DNA of 64,000 bases, taken from positions 136,003 through 200,002 of the forward strand of contig DBUB01000007.1 of assembly GCA_002307725.1 (NCBI GenBank). Direction: 5' to 3'. The notes under the pieces are model-generated. The model ran no database searches and was not told the origin of the DNA. It saw only the letters and a list, made by a program, of their open reading frames with translations. Both the position numbers and the translations under genes were made by a program. This DNA is from Alphaproteobacteria bacterium UBA1301 (GTDB lineage: Bacteria; Pseudomonadota; Alphaproteobacteria; Micropepsales; Micropepsaceae). The first letter of the stretch is position 1; each line of letters opens with the position of its first letter. This document shows positions 8,530-17,409 of the stretch, in pieces.

Positions 8530-9534
8530 ATGACCGGCGAAAACTTCGACGTTACGGCAGCTCTTGGCGCCATGCACCTGTTGCCGGTAGACGCGATTGA
8601 TGCGTTGTCGGGCGGGGTCTCCTGCGACGTTTACAAGATCACCGCGCCGGCCCGAACGTTCGTGGTCAAGCGCGCCTTGCCCAAGCTGCGCGTGGCCGCT
8701 GATTGGCGGGCGTCGGCCGAGCGCAGTCATGCGGAAGTCGCCTGGATGCGGCTGGTCGGCGGTATCAATCCCGATTGGGTGCCGCAAATCCTCGGCGAGG
8801 ACCGCCGGCGCCACATCTTCGCGATGGAATATTTCCCGCCCGAAACCCATCCGGTGTGGAAAGCCGAGTTGGCGAGTGGCCGTGCTGATCCTGCTTTCGC
8901 CGCCCAGGTCGGTGTCGCGCTCGCCCGCATACACAGCGAGACGGCCGGCCGTGACGATTTCGCGCGGCAGTTTGCCAATGGCGTTCAGTTCCACGCTTTG
9001 CGCGTCGATGCCTATCTCCTCTTCGCCGCGGCACGTCATCCCGATGTCGCGCCGCAAATCCGCACCATGGCGAAGAGCCTTGGTGCTGCGCGTATCGCAC
9101 TGATGCATGGCGACGTCAGTCCCAAGAACATCCTGGTGGGTCCCGACGGGCCGGTGTTCCTCGATGCCGAGACCAGTTGTTACGGCGATCCGGCGTTTGA
9201 TCTCGCCTTCTGCCTCAACCACCTTCTGCTCAAGGCGGTCTGGCACCCTGAATTTGCCCCCGCTTATGCGGCGTGCTTTGCCGCGTTCGTCGAGGCCTAT
9301 TTTTCGGGCGTCCGTTGGGAGGCGCGTCACGGCCTTGAGCGGCGTACCGCCGGACTGCTCGCTGTCTTCCTGCTGGCGCGGATCGACGGCAAATCGCCAG
9401 TGGAATACCTCACCACCTACGCCGACCAAATATTCGTGCGCACGCTGGCCAAGGAATTTCTCGCCGACATCCCCAGCCGCTTGCAAGACATGCAGGACCG
9501 CTGGACCGAGGCGCTGTCGTCCCGTCGAATGTAG
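8530..9534 (+). CDS. aminoglycoside phosphotransferase (APH)/choline-kinase-fold family kinase
   Basis: 334 aa. Catalytic-loop-like LMHGDVSPKNILV followed by FLDAETSCYGDPAFDLAF is the APH/MtnK-type kinase core. Confidence 0.7.
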   Translation: MTGENFDVTAALGAMHLLPVDAIDALSGGVSCDVYKITAPARTFVVKRALPKLRVAADWRASAERSHAEVAWMRLVGGINPDWVPQILGEDRRRHIFAMEYFPPETHPVWKAELASGRADPAFAAQVGVALARIHSETAGRDDFARQFANGVQFHALRVDAYLLFAAARHPDVAPQIRTMAKSLGAARIALMHGDVSPKNILVGPDGPVFLDAETSCYGDPAFDLAFCLNHLLLKAVWHPEFAPAYAACFAAFVEAYFSGVRWEARHGLERRTAGLLAVFLLARIDGKSPVEYLTTYADQIFVRTLAKEFLADIPSRLQDMQDRWTEALSSRRM

Positions 9535-9948
9535 CCGCGGAGCGCTTGCCGAAGCCGATCGTGCCAGCGTGTTCGGCCGGTGGGTGCGCTTGACGGCGTG
9601 CGCAAGAGCCGGCTGGCGAAGGGTTGAACTGCAAAAAACGAAAAAAGTGAATTCAATTCGCCGATTTTCCCGTTAAGCCGCGGCAGCAGTAGAATAATCG
9701 CCTTGCCAGCCGGGCCCGCGAACCGCACGTGGAACGACCGGCGCGATAGCGGCGGATGCGAGAAACTGCCGGAATCGAATTCGAATCCTTCTAAACTGCG
9801 CGCACAGGAATTTGCAACTGTGTTGCAGTGCGTACGATGTATCCAACACGGTCAAAGAACACTTTTGACATAGGTACGTCCGGCGCCATTTCAAGAGGAC
9901 TGGATGTCTGAAATCGGCTCAATATCTGCCCTTTGGTGAACGGGGAAG

Positions 9949-10719
9949 ATGCGCCAACACCGGCCATTCAAGCTTGCCCGCAAGCGTGCGCTGCATAGGT
10001 CTTTGGTGCTAATAGAGAGGGAGGGGGTGCTCGCCGTGGCTAATGAGCCATCTATCGAACTGATCGGCGCAATCCGGGCGCTTGTCGCGGAGCAGACAAA
10101 CGTCGCCATTGAAGACATCACTGTCGAGACAACACTAGCGAGCGATCTAGGTATCGACGGCGATGATGCTTGGGAATTGCTTGAGAAATACGCAGAGAAG
10201 TTCAACGTCTCGATGCGCGGGTTTGTGTTCCTAGACCACTTCGATTGGGAAGGTATGGACCCAATCAGGCCGATAATCATTTTGCTGCTTCAAATCTGTT
10301 GGCCTCGCTTCCGTCGCCTTTGGCGAGAGGCGAAGGCAAACGAGCGGGAAATCACGATCCGACATCTCGCAATCTGCGCCACTCTTGAACACTGGGTCCC
10401 GTCGGGCGTTCCAAAGCGACCCCACTGGCGGAACCGGCGTGGCTCGACGCTTAGCCGACTGCTTATTGCGGGCTTTGCTCTCATCATGTTTCTGATCGCG
10501 GAAAGCGTCGCGTGCTTGATATTCGTCGGTACTGTAGCCGGTAGCGTTTTGGCGTCTTTCCTAGCCGTCGAAGCGCTGCTTGTGAGCCGCCTTTCAAACG
10601 CACTAATCCCCGCGGTGGTTGGCATCTGCTGCATCGCTGCCTTGGGTTGGATGTTCGCCCATACGCGATGGTATTTGTCTGCCAAAGAAGTCTGGCAGCG
10701 GGTCTCGCCGGTTGCGTAA
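9949..10719 (+). CDS. hypothetical protein: acyl-carrier-like (DUF1493-like) N-terminal domain fused to a C-terminal multi-TM region
   Basis: 256 aa ORF in a visibly lower-GC stretch. The N-terminal IELIGAIRALVAEQTNVAIEDITVETTLASDLGIDGDDAWELLEKYAEKFNV resembles an ACP-like helical bundle without the phosphopantetheinyl Ser. The C-terminal half has about 3 hydrophobic helices. Start uncertain (a GTG near 10036 is also possible). Confidence 0.5.
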   Translation: MRQHRPFKLARKRALHRSLVLIEREGVLAVANEPSIELIGAIRALVAEQTNVAIEDITVETTLASDLGIDGDDAWELLEKYAEKFNVSMRGFVFLDHFDWEGMDPIRPIIILLLQICWPRFRRLWREAKANEREITIRHLAICATLEHWVPSGVPKRPHWRNRRGSTLSRLLIAGFALIMFLIAESVACLIFVGTVAGSVLASFLAVEALLVSRLSNALIPAVVGICCIAALGWMFAHTRWYLSAKEVWQRVSPVA

Positions 10720-10831
10720 TGAACGGAGGACTGGTTCAGCGGGAAATGGCCAGTGTTGGCGCAACCCGGAAGTAGGCGGCTGATTGGGAATGTCCGCTGT
10801 AGGGGCGTGAAACGGACCCTGCAAAAATGCT

Positions 10832-10894
10832 TGTCATCCCCAGCCGAGCAGGCGCGCGTGCGCGCGCTTGGGAAGGGAAGGGGATCCAGGTGTT
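10832..10894 (+). repeat. REP/MITE-like GC-rich repeat unit (copy A1)
   Basis: tgtcatccccagccgagcaggcgcgcgtgcgcgcgcttgggaagggaaggggatccaggtgtt. Same termini (tgtcatcccc ... gggaaggg-atccaggtgtt) as copy B1 at 37317-37374; internal GC palindrome. Confidence 0.7.
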
Positions 10895-10962
10895 ATCGGC
10901 GTGGCGATCTTGAAGGTGAAGTAATGGCTGTGCGCCGCTTGCGACGGCGTGCCAAGTGTTTT

Positions 10963-11015
10963 CACCTGGGTCCCCTTCCCTCACGCGGCTACGCCGCGTT
11001 CGCCGGGGATGACAG
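10963..11015 (-). repeat. REP/MITE-like GC-rich repeat unit (copy A2, inverted relative to A1)
   Basis: Reverse complement reads ctgtcatccccggcgaacgcggcgtagccgcgtgagggaaggggacccaggtgaa, the same family as A1, B1 and B2. Confidence 0.7.
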
Positions 11016-11046
11016 TAATTGGAAATTCCACACCACCGCGTGAAAG

Positions 11047-11979
11047 CTACCGTCTCGCCTTGCGATCCCGCAGCAGCTTGCGCAATCGCGCGATGGCTTT
11101 TTCGTTGCGCATCTGCAGCGAATCTTCGTCGGGGTTGTCGGCGAAGCGTTCGTCTTCCACGACGATCTCAAGCCCGCCGCCGGAATTGGTTTTGAGGCGC
11201 AGGGTGGTGCGTTTGCCGGTCGGCAGCACCGCGGCTTGTTCGGAGAACAGCGGCCCGTATTTCTCCGCCATGTCGCCGGGCAGGCTCATCGACCATTGCT
11301 GCATCAGCTCGAATTCGTCGGCAGCAGGGGGCATGGTCTGTTTTTCGATCTGCAACGAAACGATGTCCTGCCAGAAAAATTCCTCGATGATTTCGTTGAG
11401 CGGTACGCCGCTGAGCAAGTCGAGATCGCATTGATAGGCGATCAAATGATCTTTGGTAAAATGCAGGATGGTGAGGCAGGGCGGGGTGAAACGGGTGATG
11501 CCGTCGGTGCCGACCTTGACCTTGAAGCGCCAGGATTGCGGCAGGTTGCCGTCGTCGTGGCTGCGGCTGACTTTCAAATTCTTGAACCGCGGCAGGCCGG
11601 CGATGACGATGGGATGATCAGGGTCGATCAGATCGGCGGCGTTGAGCGCGGCGTCTTGCGAGACATCGGCGACCAGCGTCTCGAAATCCTCATCGCGCCA
11701 GATGTCGATGTCGACGTCGTCGGCGCGCTGGGCCCGCTCGTTGAACGAGACCCACGCCACCGCGAACAAGATCACCGCCAGAATCGCCGCCGCACCGGTC
11801 GCGTAAAACGACAGTTCGAAATAGGCACAGGTGAGCATCGCGGCCAAGCACAGCACGCCTGCGGCCGCAAAAAGCCACGGCGCCGGTCCTTTGTCCGGCT
11901 CGAAATACTGCCGGATCATCGCGCGCTTGATCTGCTCGTCGCTTTTCTGCGGACCGAACCAATCCCCGAAAGTGCCCAT
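11047..11979 (-). CDS. hypothetical membrane-anchored protein (two N-terminal TM helices + ~220-aa soluble domain)
   Basis: ORF 11047..12003 trimmed to MGTFGDWFGPQKSDEQIK at 11979. Hydrophobic segments WLFAAAGVLCLAAMLTCAYF and AAAILAVILFAVAWVSF. No family recognised. Confidence 0.6.
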   Translation of the reverse strand: MGTFGDWFGPQKSDEQIKRAMIRQYFEPDKGPAPWLFAAAGVLCLAAMLTCAYFELSFYATGAAAILAVILFAVAWVSFNERAQRADDVDIDIWRDEDFETLVADVSQDAALNAADLIDPDHPIVIAGLPRFKNLKVSRSHDDGNLPQSWRFKVKVGTDGITRFTPPCLTILHFTKDHLIAYQCDLDLLSGVPLNEIIEEFFWQDIVSLQIEKQTMPPAADEFELMQQWSMSLPGDMAEKYGPLFSEQAAVLPTGKRTTLRLKTNSGGGLEIVVEDERFADNPDEDSLQMRNEKAIARLRKLLRDRKARR

Positions 11980-11990
11980 TGCCCCCTCCG

Positions 11991-12509
11991 CTACGGCGCG
12001 CACCGTCCCGTGCCACGCGTATAGACCCGGCTGGCGTGAAACGCATCGCCGTCGTCGGTGCCGTCAGCGATTTCGGTCATCATAGCGCCGTCGTCGGTGA
12101 GTGTGCGCATCGCAGTGGCGTGTACCGTCCCTTTGGTCACCACCACATACCGCTGCGCGTCGATGCGCGTGAAAGCTGCCGTGCCGCCCGCCCCATCGGA
12201 ATGATCGCCGCCATCGAAGGCAAATACGCCATCCTGGCGCGTGAGATGTCCGTCCGCGTTCACGCGCATGCCGGTCAGCCGGAACTTGCCGCCCCCGAGA
12301 TCTTCCAGCGCCATCACCGCGCAGCGTTCACTGCCCGTGGACTGCGCTGCCTCCAGCGTGAAGCTGCCGAACACCGGGTCGGCCGCCGCAGCCGCCGTCG
12401 CCATCAGCACTGCCGCAAGGGCAACAGTGCTAAAGTTTCGACTCGATCGGCACGCCCGGCTGGTTTTTGGAACTGTGGATCGACAGGGCCGTCTTGACGC
12501 TCGCGACAT
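11991..12509 (-). CDS. small hypothetical (probably exported) protein; start codon unresolved
   Basis: The frame reads ...FSTVALAAVLMATAAAAADPVFGSFTLEAAQ...RVYTRGTG and looks protein-like. The opposite-strand ORF 11979..12497 is Arg-rich shadow. The only in-frame ATG (12509) would overlap the lrp 3' end by 80 nt, so the true start is uncertain. Confidence 0.4.
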   Translation of the reverse strand: MSRASRRPCRSTVPKTSRACRSSRNFSTVALAAVLMATAAAAADPVFGSFTLEAAQSTGSERCAVMALEDLGGGKFRLTGMRVNADGHLTRQDGVFAFDGGDHSDGAGGTAAFTRIDAQRYVVVTKGTVHATAMRTLTDDGAMMTEIADGTDDGDAFHASRVYTRGTGRCAP

Positions 12510-12909
12510 TTTTTTCCGCCGTCAGCACTTCCGTGATGAAGCTTTGGAAGCTGGACAAGTCCTTGGCCACGATCTTCAGGATGAAATCGACTTCCCCCGA
12601 CAGCATGTAGCACTCGCGTACATTCGGCCAGGAGCGAACATGCTCCTCGAATTGCTTGAGGTCGTGATCGTGCTGGCTGTCGAGGCCGACGAAGGCAAAC
12701 CCGGTGACCTCGAAGCCCAACGACTTGGGATCGAGATCGGCGTGATAACCTTGAATGTAACCGGCCTTTTCCAGCGCCCGCATGCGGCGGAGGCATGGCG
12801 GGGCGGTGATCTTGGCCCGGCGGGAGAGTTCGACATTGGTGATGCGACCGTCAGCCTGAAGTTCGGCCAGGATCTTGAGGTCGATGGAATCGAGCTTATG
12901 GTGCTCCAA
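12430..12909 (-). CDS. Lrp/AsnC family transcriptional regulator
   Basis: 159 aa. LDSIDLKILAELQADGRITNVELSRRAKITAPPCLRRMRALEKAGYI is the HTH, followed by an RAM/AsnC_trans_reg domain. Divergent from trxB, a common arrangement. Confidence 0.9.
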   Translation of the reverse strand: MEHHKLDSIDLKILAELQADGRITNVELSRRAKITAPPCLRRMRALEKAGYIQGYHADLDPKSLGFEVTGFAFVGLDSQHDHDLKQFEEHVRSWPNVRECYMLSGEVDFILKIVAKDLSSFQSFITEVLTAEKNVASVKTALSIHSSKNQPGVPIESKL

Positions 12910-13111
12910 GGGCTTCCCCGAAATATTCTGTCTCGGCGCATTTGTACTCCGGGAACCGGGTAATACGCAATAATATGTCGAGAAACGCCTCGCCGCAGGG
13001 TGAGGGCATTTTCGCCGTCAACCCTGCGCACTTGCCCCGGCTTGACCTTTTTCAGGGCAATCCCGATATCTGCCTTGGGATTGCCGGAACCTTGAGTCCG
13101 GCCTGCAATGA

Positions 13112-14065
<954 letters not shown>

Positions 14066-14076
14066 GCAGGTCGGGC

Positions 14077-14973
14077 ATGGATTGGGACAAGCTTCGCATC
14101 TTCCATGCGGTGGCGTCCGCCGGAAGTTTCACCCATGCCGGACAGATGCTGACTCTCAGCCAGTCGGCGGTCAGCCGCCAGATCAGCGCGCTTGAGGAAG
14201 AGATCAACACGCCGTTGTTTCAGCGCCACGCCCGTGGCCTGACGCTGACCGATGAAGGCGAGATGCTGTACGCCGCGGTCTCGGACGTGCTGGCGCGTCT
14301 GGCGCAAGCCGAAGAGGCGCTCAAAAACGTCCATGATGCGCCGCGCGGCTCGCTGAAAGTGACGTCCACCCATGGCATCGGCTCCTATTGGCTGATTCCA
14401 CGGCTCGGCAATCTCCTCAAGGAATGCCCAGAGCTGGAAGTGCATCTGATGCTGGAAGACCGCGAACTCGACTTGTCGCAGCGCGAAGCCGATGTCGCCA
14501 TCCGCATGCGGGCGCCGGTACAGGCCGATCTGATCCAGCGCAAGCTGTTCACCGTCCACTATCATGTTTACGCGGCGCAGGCATATCTCGACGTCCATGG
14601 CACGCCGCTGCGCTGCGAAGACCTCATCGACCACACCATCATTTCCTACGGCGAGACCGCGCCGGCCGAAGTGCGCGACATCAACTGGCTGGTCGAACAG
14701 TGCAAACGCACCGGACACAGCACCGGCAAGGGCCGCATCATCCGGATCAACAATGTGACGGGTGTGCTCAACGCTGCGCTGACTGGGCTAGGAATAGTTT
14801 CTATTCCCGATTACGTCGCCATCCGGTACCCCGAGCTCGTCCGCATTCTGCCCGATGTTCCGGGCCCGAGCTTCGATGTGCATTTGGTTTACGCGGATTC
14901 CTTGCGCCAATCCAAGCGGGTAGCGGCGTTCCGCGATTTTCTGGTCCACGAAGCCAAAGATTGGCATTACTGA
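14077..14973 (+). CDS. LysR family transcriptional regulator
   Basis: ORF 14014..14973 trimmed to MDWDKLRIFHAVASAGSFTHAGQMLTLSQSAVSRQISALEEE (LysR HTH), followed by a substrate-binding domain. Confidence 0.88.
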   Translation: MDWDKLRIFHAVASAGSFTHAGQMLTLSQSAVSRQISALEEEINTPLFQRHARGLTLTDEGEMLYAAVSDVLARLAQAEEALKNVHDAPRGSLKVTSTHGIGSYWLIPRLGNLLKECPELEVHLMLEDRELDLSQREADVAIRMRAPVQADLIQRKLFTVHYHVYAAQAYLDVHGTPLRCEDLIDHTIISYGETAPAEVRDINWLVEQCKRTGHSTGKGRIIRINNVTGVLNAALTGLGIVSIPDYVAIRYPELVRILPDVPGPSFDVHLVYADSLRQSKRVAAFRDFLVHEAKDWHY

Positions 14974-15140
14974 CGCTTCGAGACGGCTTGAAACCGCTCC
15001 AATCGCACCTATCTAGAGTGCACGGCGGTTCTTCCCCCCAAGGACTTGCCGGGTGGCGGTATCTCCCGCCGCGAGAGCTGGGCAGCCCCCCGCCGCCCAG
15101 CTCGGCTCGCGCCCCAACCGCGCGAGCGATCCCAAGCAGA

Positions 15141-15175
15141 ATTGCCGGAGCGCCCCCCGCTCCGGCAATTTTTTG
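15141..15175 (+). terminator. Rho-independent terminator (12-bp GC stem + T6), about 170 nt downstream of the LysR gene
   Basis: attgccggagcg-ccccc-cgctccggcaat followed by tttttt. Confidence 0.65.
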
Positions 15176-15272
15176 TATTAAGTGGGAGCCCTTTCGATTC
15201 GGTTGGTGAATTCGCGGGGGGCGATTTTGGTCTGGCGCGCATTTTCCAACTGCGCTTCGTGGGAGGTACCTG

Positions 15273-15869
15273 ATGTCGTTTTGGAAGAATTTTACCCGTC
15301 TCGCCGTCGTCGCTGCGCTGGGTGTGGGTCTTGCCGGCTGCGGCATCAACAAGATTCCAGCTCAGGATGAAAAGGTGAAAGCCGCCTGGAGCGAGGTGCA
15401 GAACCAATATCAGCGCCGCGCCGATCTGGTGCCGAATCTGGTCAACACGGTCAAGGGCTATGCCAAGCAGGAGTCGTCGGTCCTGACGGCGGTGACCGAA
15501 GCGCGCGCGAAAGCGACGCAGACCGTGCTCCCGGAAAAAGTCGCGACCGATCCGGAAGCCTTCAAGCAGTATGAGGCCAGCCAGGCGCGACTGTCGGGCG
15601 CTCTCGGCCGTCTCTTGGCGATCAGCGAGAATTATCCCGACCTCAAGTCGAACCAGAACTTCATTGCCTTGCAGGCCCAGCTTGAAGGCACCGAGAACCG
15701 CATCACCGTGGCGCGCCGCGACTACATCCAGGAAGTGCAGGCGTTCAACACCATGCTGCGCACCATTCCATCACGTTGGACGGCCTCGATCTTCTATCCG
15801 GAGTTGAAGCCCTATCCGAGCTTCACCACCACCGAGAAGAACCAGTCCGCCCCGACCGTATCGTTTTAG
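15273..15869 (+). CDS. lemA: LemA family lipoprotein
   Basis: 198 aa. Lipobox LAGC; the WSEVQNQYQRRADLVPNLVNTVKGYA and ENYPDLKSNQNF motifs are typical of LemA. Confidence 0.88.
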   Translation: MSFWKNFTRLAVVAALGVGLAGCGINKIPAQDEKVKAAWSEVQNQYQRRADLVPNLVNTVKGYAKQESSVLTAVTEARAKATQTVLPEKVATDPEAFKQYEASQARLSGALGRLLAISENYPDLKSNQNFIALQAQLEGTENRITVARRDYIQEVQAFNTMLRTIPSRWTASIFYPELKPYPSFTTTEKNQSAPTVSF

Positions 15870-15926
15870 TCCCGTTCGTTATGGCCGCCCTTGTGGCGGC
15901 CACAGCGAAATGGGAGAGGGTATCCT

Positions 15927-16679
15927 ATGCCCAAATTGTTCCGCAGCGTCGCTGCCGTCTTTTTTGCCGCCTTGTTTGTCGTCGTCGCAACGGCCGGCGT
16001 ACACGCGGCGCTGTCGTTCCCGCCGCTCAGCGGCCGCGTCGTCGATGATGCCGGAATCTTAAGCGAACCGGCCAAGGACAAGCTCACCGCCTATCTCGCC
16101 GAGCACGAAAAACAGACCGGCAATCAGGTGGTCGTCGCCACGGTGAAAGACCTCGGCGGCACCGATATCGCCGATTACGGCTATCAGCTCGGGCGCGCTT
16201 GGGGCATCGGCCAAAAGGGCAAGAACAACGGCGCCCTCATCATCGTCGCACCCAACAGCCACAACGTGCGGATCGAGGTCGGTTATGGCCTCGAAGGTGA
16301 TCTCACCGACGCCCAGTCCAAGCTGATCATTGAAAACGTGATGCTGCCAGCGTTCCGCAAGGGCGATTACAACGGCGGGGTGATCGCCGGGACGGTCAAT
16401 GTCCTGCGTACCCTCGGCGGCAATCCCACCGGGGCGGAGGCGATCCCGCAGCCGCAGCAGAATGAAGGCTCGCCGCTCGGCGGCATTCCGTTCATTTTGA
16501 TTATTGTCTTTTTGGTCGTGTTCGGGCGCCATTTGTGGCCGCTGCTCCTGCTCGGCGGGCTTGGCGGACTTGGCGGCGGCGGCGACGGCCGCGGCGGTTG
16601 GGGCGGTGGCTCCGGCGGCGGCGGATTTTCCGGCGGTGGCGGATCGTTTGGTGGCGGCGGCGCTTCGGGGAGCTGGTGA
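15927..16679 (+). CDS. TPM domain-containing protein (YgcG-like) with TM helix and Gly-rich C-terminal tail
   Basis: ORF 15891..16679 trimmed to MPKLFRSV. Signal peptide, then VVDDAGILS...TGNQVVVATV...GIGQKGKNNGALIIVAPNSHNVRIEVGYGLEG (TPM/TLP18.3 fold), a TM segment, and a GGLGGGGDGRGGWGGGSGGGGFSGGGGSFGGGG tail. Confidence 0.85.
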   Translation: MPKLFRSVAAVFFAALFVVVATAGVHAALSFPPLSGRVVDDAGILSEPAKDKLTAYLAEHEKQTGNQVVVATVKDLGGTDIADYGYQLGRAWGIGQKGKNNGALIIVAPNSHNVRIEVGYGLEGDLTDAQSKLIIENVMLPAFRKGDYNGGVIAGTVNVLRTLGGNPTGAEAIPQPQQNEGSPLGGIPFILIIVFLVVFGRHLWPLLLLGGLGGLGGGGDGRGGWGGGSGGGGFSGGGGSFGGGGASGSW

Positions 16680-17257
16680 TGCAAAAGATCACGAACGAAC
16701 AGCGTGCGCGCCTGAAAACGGCGCTTGAGACGGCCGAGAAGCGCACGTCCGCGCACATCGCGGTGGCGACGGTTCCGATCAGCGACCGCTACAAGCTCTA
16801 TCCTCTGGTCTACGGCGGCCTTGTGGGTGTGCTGGTGTTGGCAGTGCTGGCATTCTTCTGGCCGCACATGGCGCTGCGGAGTGCCTTCCTCATTACCATC
16901 ATGGCCTCGGGCGCGGTGATGTTCCTGCTCGACATCTGGCCGCTACGGCTCGCGGTGGTGCCGCGCCATGCCAGGCTGTGGGAGTGCTGGGAGTTGGCGC
17001 ATCGCGCCTTTGCCAGCCGTGTGTTGGCCCAGAACGACCGCAAAACCGGCATCCTGTTGTTCGTGTCGCTCGGCGAGCGTTACGTCGAAGTGGTGACTGA
17101 TCGCGATGTCGATCGCCATATCCCGCAAACCGTGTGGGACGCGATCATCAAAGACTTCCTTGCCGAAGCCAAACAAGGCCGCGTCGGCGAAGGTCTGCCT
17201 AAGATGGTCGAAGCCGCGACCCAGGTTTTGGAGCAGCATTACCCGCCGGCGTCGTGA
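16679..17257 (+). CDS. TPM domain-containing membrane protein (DUF477-like)
   Basis: ORF 16535..17257 trimmed to MQKITNEQRARLKTALETAEKRTSAHIAV. The ATG at 16679 overlaps the upstream TGA (TGATG). Completes the conserved LemA-TPM-TPM operon order. Confidence 0.8.
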   Translation: MQKITNEQRARLKTALETAEKRTSAHIAVATVPISDRYKLYPLVYGGLVGVLVLAVLAFFWPHMALRSAFLITIMASGAVMFLLDIWPLRLAVVPRHARLWECWELAHRAFASRVLAQNDRKTGILLFVSLGERYVEVVTDRDVDRHIPQTVWDAIIKDFLAEAKQGRVGEGLPKMVEAATQVLEQHYPPAS

Positions 17258-17409
17258 CGCCTTTTTCTTTCCTCCCCCCCGGGGCGCCTCTGCCGCACTA
17301 GTTTACCCCGTAAGCGGTGGCGCATGGTGGCTATGCGAAACCGGATTCTTGCCGCACTAGGTGGGAGTTCCCAACCTTAGGGAAATTGGTTTTTGCGGGG
17401 AATTTTGTG

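Noticed and set aside
11979-12497. 172-aa plus-strand ORF
   Set aside because: The translation is Arg/His-rich and low-complexity. The opposite-strand frame looks far more protein-like.
16540-16680. GGC/GGT-rich tandem-looking DNA, considered as a repeat array or CRISPR-like feature. The same applies to 54420-54560.
   Set aside because: Both stretches lie inside well-supported coding frames: the Gly-rich tail of the TPM protein and the Gly/Pro/Met linker of the secreted protein. They lack regular repeat-spacer structure. No CRISPR array exists anywhere in the window.
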